This document shows positions 28,670-38,182 of a stretch of 64,000 nucleotides of DNA, piece by piece. The position numbers were made by a program, and so were the translations under genes. Within the stretch, counting starts at the first letter, position 1; every line of letters starts with the position of its first letter. This DNA is from Macrostomum lignano (taxonomy: Eukaryota), in the NCBI GenBank assembly GCA_002269645.1, contig NIVC01001996.1:32033-96032 (forward strand), read 5' to 3'. The notes below the pieces were generated by a model, which did no database searches, was not told the origin of the DNA, and saw only the letters and a list, made by a program, of their open reading frames with translations.

Positions 28670-29025
28670 AGTTTTGTTCCTCTTTTAACTTCTGCGTGGC
28701 TCAGGCCGTAGGGCAGGGCTACGGGCCATTGTTTCAACCGCTGACGTGAGCTGCATGGCTTGGCGACTCCATCACAGGGGGTGCTGGACAGAAAATCTGG
28801 ACTGGGGACTACGTTCTATCGATTGGAAAACATAGGATCACATGCCCATTCCGCTCACACGGGGTGTACAAGCAGCGGCCCCCTGACTTCTCATCATCAG
28901 AGAAGACACGCACAGACAAACTCTGCCTTGGTGGTTTGGCCCTCATAGACGTGAATCGGGGAGTCGAACCCGGGCCTCCGGTGGAGCGAGAGTCGGACGC
29001 GATAACCCGCTGAGCCCAGTGCTAG
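28670..29025 (-). mobile_element. tRNA-derived SINE-like element
   Basis: Minus strand reads agcactgggctcagcgggttatcgcg... (A-box-like) then cccgggttcgactccccg (B-box GGTTCGANTCC), followed by a non-tRNA body; the 3' boundary is approximate. Confidence 0.55.
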
Positions 29026-29582
29026 ACTTGGTTGCTTTCCAATCCAGATTAGACAATTATTAGAAGTCCATGACTCCACAGTGACTGATGACGTCTGCTA
29101 ATAGTCTTAATAAAGCATAGGGCCTGTCGGGAGCGCCAGCATTAACCCGCTGCCAACCCCAACCCCGCACCCTCGCCGTTGCCAGGCGGTAGCGAAGTCA
29201 ACAAGCCCGCAGGGTAGTGGACTCCCTCCTCTCATCCTCCACCTTCCCTTCTCTCATCCCTGTCCCTGCTGCCTGGTTGGCTACCAAAAAATTGGAGAAA
29301 GAAAAATCCTTAGTCGCAAGAGCAGCGCTTTCGCACTAGACTAAAAACGGGCATTGTCCGGGACGCAAAGCAGAAATCCTCAAAAATAATCGGGATCCCA
29401 AAGAGTCCTTCGATTTTGAGACATCATCAATCTCAACTTGATTAAGGTTCAGAGTGAACGTCAGGGGTAAGTACGGCTAGGATTTCTCTGATTGATGACT
29501 TAGACCTGCCTATCAGTATAAAACTATTTAGTTCGGAATTGTCTTCGTTGAAATTCCACAGACAAGCATTCGAATTGCAACA

Positions 29583-30678
29583 ATGGTGGCTACTGAGAAG
29601 CTCATCTTCGTCTGCCTTCTGGTCATGGCGTCTCTCGCTGCTGCTGAGGTGAGCTGACACTTGGCAAGCGTTTGGGGGGGGGGCGGTTCGACTTTGACGG
29701 TGGTGTAGTGTCTTGAGCCCTGACATTGGCCACTGAACCAGCCCTGACAATGGCCACTGAACCAGCCCTGACAATGGCCACTGAACCAGCCCTGACAATG
29801 GCCACTGAACCAGCCCTGACATTGGCCACTGAACCAGCCCTGACATTGGCCACTGAACCAGCCCTGACAATGGCCACTGAACCAGCCCTGACAATGGCCA
29901 CTGAACCAGCCCTGACAATGGCCACTGAACCAGCCATTACAATGGCCATAAAATTGCTGTCGCTTTTCCAGAAACTGGAATCGCCCGAGATAGAAGAGGA
30001 GGTTAAGGCTGTAGACAGGCAGCGTCACAGGCACCATGGTCACCACCGCGAAGGCGCTCTGCCATCGAGCCGCCACCGCAGCCCCCACGGGCGTCATGCT
30101 AAGCACGGACGGCACCACCACGCCAAGCACGGGTCCAACGTTGACAGACGAGCCGCCCTAGCCGACTTCAAACGCGCCGCCCTTTCGGACTTCAAACGTG
30201 CCGCCTTAGCCGATTTCAAACGTGCCGCCCTCTCGGACTTCAAACGCGCCGCCCTAGCCGACTTCAAACGTGCCGCCCTTTCGGACTTCAAACGCGCCTC
30301 CCTCTCGGACTTCAAACGCGCCGCCCTAGCCGACTTCAAACGTGCCGCCCTTTCGGACTTCAAACGCGCCGCCCTAGCCGACTTCAAGCGCACGCCCGGG
30401 CACGGCAAGCAGCACCACCGTCAGGCCAGCGAGAGCAGGATGTCGCACCACAAAACCAAGTCCCAGGTAAGTAGCACCAAAAAAGGTTGAAAAAATCAAT
30501 TTTACGCATATAACTGTCTGTGTATAGAACGGTCCTCTATTTAATTCAATTGATCATCATCCTGCAGTCTCACCACCCGAGAGACAGCAGCGGCAAGCGG
30601 TCCTACTACTGGGACGTCTGCAGCCACTGGATCAACGGTCAGGAGCGCCTCTACGTGTGCAAAAAGCAGATCCGTTAA
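29583..30678 (+). CDS. Neuropeptide precursor, 223 aa: signal peptide, ten KR-flanked AAL(A/S)DF-type peptides, C-terminal two-Cys peptide
   Basis: Exons 29583-29648 (MVATEKLIFVCLLVMASLAAAE), 29972-30466 and 30568-30678; GT..AG, all phase 0. Repeats at 30152-30391: AALADF x5, AALSDF x4, ASLSDF x1, each followed by KR and the first preceded by RR. The last exon encodes GKR-SYYWDVCSHWINGQERLYVC-KK. Confidence 0.9.
29720..29950. repeat. 24-bp minisatellite (tggccactgaaccagccctgacaa) in neuropeptide intron 1
   Basis: Directly visible; it produces the false ATEPALTM N-terminus of ORF 29726..30490. Confidence 0.95.
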
Positions 30679-31779
30679 AGTTTGAAGACTGACTGACTCA
30701 AGCGACTGTTTAGAGATAGATTACTGTGAGAGTTGACGGAGACAGGTGAGAGTTAATTGAGAAGGCTAAATATAGTGTAAAAACAAGTTTATTATCGAAA
30801 TTATAATTCCCGTCATGTGCTTAAACTATAATCTTCAAAATCATAGAGCCGGTTTGGCAACTAAAAAAATTTTTTTATTATTATCTTCTCACATAATATT
30901 GTGATTCAGTTTTGTTTTAATTGTGACTTTCTGTTGTTTTATTTTAATCGGAATCATCGCTTGGCGAGCGTCACTTGTTCACTTGTGTCCAATATTAACC
31001 TCGAAAAATGTTTTGTCTTGTTTGAATTTTTAAGGAATATTAATCTGCTTTTTATAAGCACAAAGAATGTTTGTTAATTATTAATTTTTTCTGCAAATAT
31101 GCCGGTTGAAGGTAATAATATTATTTATTCAAACACCTTTTTTCGCCATCAATATAATCAAATCCGAAAGTTTGCTTTTGGTAAATCTTTTCTGTTTAAC
31201 TAACTCGTCACTAAAACTTCTCTTCTTAATACACTTAATAAAAACGACCGACATGAGTCTGCAGCCGGACTCAATTAACCGAATCGCATTGGTCCCAAAA
31301 ATGCAAAGTTTTATCAAGGTGTTGCTTTTATTGATTATTGATCGGATGGTGATGTCTTCAATTAATCTCAATTCAAATCTCCAATTCCGATTTTAGATAT
31401 CTTTAAAACAGATTTCCAAGAGATCATCTTCAGCAGTTTAATTTAACCAATTCATTTAATTTAATCTTTAATTAATTGTAAGTTTGCTTTAACAAAGTCG
31501 ATTTGCATTGTCTTTCTACTTTGCCAATTGTTGCTAGCGCACTAGAATTGGGATTATTAAAAAAACAAAAATGTCTCACAGACGTCTGTCTTTACTTTCT
31601 ATATTCATCCACTCTGTCTCGCTGCTTTTTGGCTTCTAAAACAAAATAGAAGGTGAGGACCGCATGACTGACTACTTGGGGATAAGGGGATTCGATCCGC
31701 ATCAATGATGTAGATTGTTCCAGCGTATACCACCAGTTCTGATGACTGCAGCAGTCTCGGGTTTTTCAACCCCCACGGC

Positions 31780-32110
31780 ATCAATCGATTTGATCAATCA
31801 ATAATCGCATCAATCGATTTGATCAATCAATAATCGCATTAATCGATCTGATCAATCAATAATCGCATCAATCGATCTGATCAATCAATAATCGCATCAA
31901 TCGATTTGATCAATCAATAATCGCATCAATCGATTTGATCAATCAATAATCGCATCAATCGATTTGATCAATCAATAATCGCATCAATCGATTTGATCAA
32001 TCAATAATCGCATTAATCGATCTGATCAATCAATAATCGCATCAATCGATTTGATCAATCAATAATCGCATCAATCGATTTAATCAATCAATAGTCGCAC
32101 CAATCGATTA
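31780..32110. repeat. ~29-bp minisatellite (catcaatcgatttgatcaatcaataatcg)
   Basis: Directly visible; the unit contains atcgat and tgatca palindromes. Confidence 0.95.
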
Positions 32111-33009
32111 ATAATCGTATCATCTCATAAAACAATAAAACATTCAATCATAGAACTTTAGGTACAGGTAAAATCAAGCAGTTCATAAACTCGATAAGCT
32201 GTGCTAAAAAAACTGCATGCTATACAAAGTTTACTATCCTTATTTCAATTTTCCCCTCCCCCAAATTTAGGAACAAACATTCATATACATCCACACGGGC
32301 AAGAATAATGGATACAGAAGCTACAACGCTTACGTCAAACCGATCGCATGACACAGCAGATGACGCTATCCCATCATCGGGAGCCGCCCCCACCGTCACC
32401 GGGCCTTCCTTACATTATATATTGAGCCCTAAAACCCAGCTAGCTATAGAGGGAAAAGCCGGGCGAAACAAAGCATCAAAGAATGCGAGCCAAATATGGA
32501 AGTCACCAGTTCAGACTGGGATTAGATAGATAGGAGACACGATGAAAGGCATGGCTGCAAAGAGAAAGGCATTTCAAATAAATTTAGCAAAAGCCATTGA
32601 ATGCTTGGGCCAGCAGCCAGAGCAGAAGAGAGACCTGCTGACTGTATGGCTCTGGCCAGCTCAATGCAGTGAATGAATTGGCAATTGTTGCTGTTGCCAT
32701 TCTCCTCCACAAGCATGGCCAACACACAACCACTGCCCCCAGTCCCACAGCTGGGAAACAACTCTGCTATTTCGGACCATGGTTGAATAATTCAGAAAAG
32801 CAGAACGGCATTCTGCTCTGGCGGAGATGGGAGCTGGGAAGCTGCAGGTAGGAGAGGGAGGAGGCCAATGCAGCTCAACTAAAAGCTGAGAGGGATTTTT
32901 CAAGTTTGTTTTTTACAAACATTTTTCCAACACTTCGTAGCGTTGCGTCTGAGCTACTGATATACTTGTGTTAGTAGTATTTGAGGCTTTTGCTGAAATT
33001 ACAAAAGGC

Positions 33010-33575
33010 TGAGGAGGATCTGAGACGCTGGCCAAGCAGCTGAGGATCCGGGAGGCTGGCCCACCAGCTGAGAATCTCTGGGAGGCTGACTCAGCAACTG
33101 AGGATCTGAGAGGCTGAAAGCCCAGCAACTGAGGATCTGGGAGGCTGAAAGCCCAGCAACTGAGGATCTGGGAGGCTGGTCCAGCAACTGAGGATCTGGG
33201 AGGCTGACTCAGCAACTGAGGATCTGAGAGGCTGAAAGCTCAGCAACTGAGGATCTGGGAGGCTGGTGCAGCAACTGAGGATCTGGGAGCCTGGAAGCCC
33301 AGCAACTGAGGATCTGGGAGGCTGGTGCAGCAACTGAGGATCTGGGAGGCTGGTGCAGCAACTGAGGATCTGGGAGGCTGGAAGCCCAGCAACTGAGGAT
33401 CTGGGAGGCTGGCCCAGCAACTGAGGATCTGGGAGGCTGGCCCAGCAACTGAGGATCTGGGAGGCTGGCCCAGCAGCTGAGGATTTGGGAGGCTGGCCCA
33501 GCAACTGAGGATCTGGGAGGCTGGCCCAGCAGCTGAGGATTTGGGAGGCTGGCCGAGCAACTGAGGATCTGGGAG
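33010..33575. repeat. ~27-30-bp minisatellite (cagcaactgaggatctgggaggctggcc)
   Basis: Directly visible. Confidence 0.95.
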
Positions 33576-34461
33576 GGTAGCAGATTAACTAAGGCAAGAA
33601 TGGTATAAAATTAATTAAGTAATGAAGAGGAAATTTGTTTAATACACATCTCAGGCACATTACATGCTTTTAAAATTGATGTATTGTGCAAAACATTTCC
33701 ATTAAAAATATGCAAAAATTATATTTCACTCAATAAACCAAGTTCGGCATATTATGAAGATACTGATAGTATACAAACAAGCCGGTACTGACAATATTAT
33801 AACAAAAAACTGAATACATACAAACGAACCAAGCCCCTTTCTTAAAAAAAAATAAAGAGTTCGCATTGACCTGCGCAGAATCAGTGTTAGTTGCATGCAG
33901 GAATCGATAACTTCCACAGGCAATGTTGCAATAAACTATTTTATAAATAGAAAAACACAACTCCTTCGGGTTACATTAAAGTTATGAACAGAAAATTCGT
34001 ATGCTAAATATTCGAGTTTAGAAAAACATTTCGTACAAGCAAGCATTTTTTTCATTTTTAGAATACTAGATATAGCCTAAAAAAAATAAAAAAACTTCAC
34101 CACAAAAGCTCAATTTGTAAAATTAGGGAAAATTCTCAGATAATAAACACACAAAACTCGGCTGGCTACTTACTTGCAAGAGCAGTCGCAGTAGTCAGTA
34201 AGGAAATATATATGCAATTGTTTTATTATTGAATTTCTACATATATCTGCATATGTTATGTTACATAAAAATGAGAAAACTAATTAGAAAAAGTTAGGCA
34301 CAAAATAAGGTGTGTTAAGATTTTATTGTGCAATTTTTTACCTTTTAAACTCTTATGCACCTGTGTTTTCCGCTTTGAGTGCAGCTGTATACCGAGCAAG
34401 AGAGAAAAGGGTGGCCAGCCAGGCCAATAAACAGTCCGGTTTTTCTTTTGCCCGCTTGTGT

Positions 34462-34780
34462 CTGACTTTGATTTCTCTCCTTACTGCTCTCTCATTGGCT
34501 GAGCTAGGTTTGGCCTGCCCCTAGGCTGAGTTTCGTCCTTCTGACTTTGACCCTCTCTCCTTACTGCTCTCTCATTGGCTGAGCTAGGTTTGGCCTGCCC
34601 CTAGGCTGAGTTTCGTCCTTCTGACTTTGACCCTCTCTCTCCTTACTGCTCTCTCATTGGCTGAGCTAGGTTTGGCCTGCCCCTAGGCTGAGTTTCGTCC
34701 TTCTGACTTTGACCCTCTCTCCTTACTGCTCTCTCATTGGCTGAGCCAGATTAGGCGTGTCCATAGGCTGAGTTTCGTCT
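34462..34780. repeat. ~80-bp unit tandem repeat, about 4 copies
   Basis: ctgactttgaccctctctccttactgctctctcattggctgagctaggtttggcctgcccctaggctgagtttcgtcctt repeated from ~34462, 34541, 34621 and 34703. Confidence 0.9.
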
Positions 34781-35203
34781 GTCTTGCGCAGACAAACTAC
34801 TGAGAAAAAATAGACTCTACCTTTTCATAACTTAAATTTGCGAGTGACATATCTGTGGCATTGCCATATTAATCACAGGCTAATTTAAATCTACAATGCC
34901 CAAACGTTTGCTTTATTTAAGAATAAAGAAGTTTTATAGTTAATTAAAGCTATAAACAACTTATCTACTACTAAACCCTGCTAATTCATAACTTGTCTAT
35001 ATCGGAGTTATAATAAGTGAAAATACAACAGGTGCATAACTATAAACCAGTTCGAAGAAAAAAGGAGAACACAATTTAATTTTAAAACGTCTCACCACGA
35101 GTTTAATTAGCTACAAAATTACTAAGGCCATTAAAAGTACAATACCAACTCTTACTGTGTGTGCACGTGTCTTTGTGACCCAAACAATCTGAATATAATC
35201 TAA

Positions 35204-36758
35204 CTAAGATTGGTCGCCGCGCACTTTGTCTCTGGCCGTAGTTGAAGTCGATCCGCCGCCGGCAACGGCTCTGTCCGCATCGGCACCAATCGAAGCGTTC
35301 ATCGCTTCCAATTCGTCGTAGAGAAAGCTTCTCAACCGGAGCAGGTACTGCGGAAACAGCTCAATATCGTTGTGGCCGGCGCCTTCAACCCACAGCGGGT
35401 CAACTGGGCGGGGCAGGCGCTCATAGATGGCCAGCCCGTGCGCGATGTTGATCACTTCGTCTTCTGTGCCGTGGATCACCAGGCAGGGAGAGTGGATTCT
35501 TGGCGCCTTCTCGATGCTGACGGCAACAAAATGGGGCGGGTTCGTTGAGGGTGGGATGGTCGATCTGTGCTTGAGGGCTTTTAAGCAGAAACAAGCTTTA
35601 TTTTCTGGAATTTAGCCATAGTGCTGAAGCCACAGCCCCTGAAGCCATTTCCCCTGAAGCCATAGCCCCCTGAAGCCAAAGCCCCCTGAAGCCACAGCAG
35701 CTGAAGCCACATCCCTTGAAGCCACATCCCTTGAAGCCCCAGCCCCTGAACCACATCTCCTGAAGCCACAGTCCCCTGAAGCCACAGCAGCTGAAGCCAC
35801 ATCCCTTCAAGCCACATCCCTTCAAGCCACATCCCTTCAAGCCACATCCCTTCAAGCCACATCCCTTCAAGCCATAGTCCCCTGAAGCCACAGTCCCCTG
35901 AAGCCACAGCAGCTGAAGCCACATCCCTTCAAGCCACATCCCTTCAAGCCACAGCCCCTGAACAACGGCCAGAGCAGCTCACTTGGGAAAGGCATCGAAG
36001 AACCATGTCCGGCTGGTGTCCGGAAAAGCCACCCTCAGTCCGGACAGCAGCGGGCTGTGCAGCACAATTCCTGCAGGGTTGACCCGGGTGGCCAAATCCA
36101 CAGTTGGCACTGTGCCAATGGACTGGCCATAGAGTACAATCTCTCTTGGAGACAGATTGTACCTGCCAATCAACTGTTGCCAGGCGCAGTCAATATCGGC
36201 ATACAGATTCTTCTCGAGCGGCCGGCCAGTGCTGGCCCCGTAGCCTGAGTAGTCGTAGCTGAACACGTTCATATTGAGTTTACGGCCGAGATCAATGAGA
36301 AAGCCGCTCATTTGGCCCAGATCTACCGCGTTACCATGAGAAAAAAGCAGAGTGTACTTTGATCCTTTTCTAGAACGTACGGTACGAATCAGCACGCAAG
36401 CGATTGTGCTGCCTCTAGCCGTGTTGGCGGTGAAAGCTTCCAGACAGTCGGCCTCGTCCTCTGTGAGCTGCATCGCTGGCGGGGCGGCAGCCGGATCTTC
36501 CATGTCTGGCGGATTAATCTGGAATCTGGGACTGTGCATGTCGCCAACTAGCGAGTAGGTCGGCCTGGGCGGCAGGAAGGCCAACTTGGCGGCGATGCGC
36601 GACGGAAACGGCGGCCAGCAGAACAGGCGGCAGAGGTCGCGGCAGGTCATGGAAGCGCCGCCGCCGCCGCGCGCCCCGGCGCCTTCATCGTCGTGAGGCG
36701 CGTACTGACCGGCGGCCGCTGACGCCGCCGCTCCGTGGTGACGTTGGCGACTGGACAT
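35204..36758 (-). CDS. ABHD17: ABHD17-family alpha/beta hydrolase (protein depalmitoylase-like), paralog A, 362 aa
   Basis: Exons 36758-35983 and 35516-35204 (phase-2 intron, FP-N-IEK). N-terminal [25 protein letters not shown], nucleophile GQSIG, HGTEDEV and GAGHND complete a Ser-Asp-His triad. Confidence 0.92.
35620..35960. repeat. gaagccacatcccct(t/g)-type minisatellite in the paralog A intron
   Basis: Directly visible; same family as 39110-40240. Confidence 0.95.
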
Positions 36759-36779
36759 GGAAGGCTTGCGGAGTCGAGA

Positions 36780-37030
36780 TAGGTCAAGGTAGGGTCAAGG
36801 TAGGTCAAGGTAGGTCAAGGTGGGTCAAGATAGGTCAAGCTGGGTCAAGGTGGGTCAAGGTAGATCAAGGTGGGTCAAGGTAGATCAAGGTGGGTCAAGT
36901 GGGTCAAGGTAGATCAATGTGGGTCAAGATAGGTCAAGGTGGGTCAAGGTAGGTCAAGGTGGGTCAAGGTAGGTCAAGGTGGGTCAAGGTAGGTCAAGGT
37001 GGGTCAAGATAGGTCAAGGTGGGTCAAGGT
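36780..37030. repeat. 10-bp repeat (ggtcaaggta/ggtcaaggtg) just upstream of paralog A
   Basis: Directly visible. Confidence 0.95.
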
Positions 37031-38182
37031 AGGTGATAATGGGTCAGAATAGGTCGATATGACTAAAATAGGTCAAGATAGGTAAATATGGGTCAAGTTG
37101 TGTCAGTGTGAGTCAGAATGGGTCAAAGGCACAGCCGGTGGATTAGTTTAAAATCTAATAGAAGACCTCCACGTCCTCAGTTGATGGTGCAGTTGCGCCC
37201 GACCTCAACCTAGCCGCTAGGTGTGCGCATGAAAAAACCGAGATGAAATCAATTTAATTGCAAAATCTACCTACCATAAATTTTGTACTTTGAAAAGTTA
37301 AAATTGACACAGAATTAAAGAAATGATTTACAACTTGTCCAATAAGTAAATTTAACTGTATCCAAATGATTATTTAAAAGAATATCTATTGAAATAATCA
37401 GAAAAAAATAGTTTTAAAGTCTAACAGACTGGCGCTCGCTTGACTAATAGTTACGAGAGTATTGTGTGTGTAACAAGTTAAATTGACAACAGATTTTTAA
37501 ATACAAAACAATAACACTGCTTATTCCCTGCTACGAGTCTATAAATGTCATTTAATGGGTAAAACCAAATGAAAAATATAAAATGTAGTTCGCATTCCAA
37601 GGAATCAATATGATTGAATGCAGAAACCAGAGAGACATGATGTGTGTGTACAGACAATATTTACAAGGGAATGCCCATTCAATATTAATACGAGATTTTT
37701 CCAAAAAAATTTAAAAGAAAGCTCTAAAACCGTAAAAAAACAACTTTAAACGAATACTCTCAGTACTTTTAGAATAAACATATTTTAATAAAAAACTCTG
37801 GATTTTATAACCATTTACAAAATATAATTTTAATATTTAATATCATAATTTTTCTTCACAGTAAAATAGTACCAATATAGAAGACGTGTGCGAACTTAAA
37901 ATTAAAAGTACATAACAACTTTTAACTTAAGTACGCGTATACTTATCAAGTACATGTGTACTACTTTAAAACAAAAGTACACGTCACAGTTTGTTACAAA
38001 AGTACACAAGCACAGAAATAATATTGGACACAGATTCAAGAGCAAATAGTACAATTATATACAGGAACCAATTCGCCTTGAAAATCTGTACATAATTAGT
38101 TAATTAAAATAAATGTTACAATACTTGGACAAGACAAATGCTTCAAACAAGTGAATTGGTAACAGGCAATTCAGTACTTAAA

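Noticed and set aside
28950-29025. tRNA gene
   Set aside because: A/B boxes are present but there is no convincing acceptor stem or cloverleaf; better explained as a SINE head.
28860-29110. ctgatga motifs suggesting a hammerhead ribozyme in or near the SINE
   Set aside because: I could not find the downstream GAAA core and three compatible stems; an Infernal search would settle it.
29726-29971. ATEPALTM repeats as the N-terminus of the neuropeptide ORF
   Set aside because: Intronic minisatellite; the real N-terminus is the signal-peptide exon at 29583-29648.
31106-32903. Short ORFs as genes or retroelement fragments
   Set aside because: No recognisable motifs and no consistent spliced frame.
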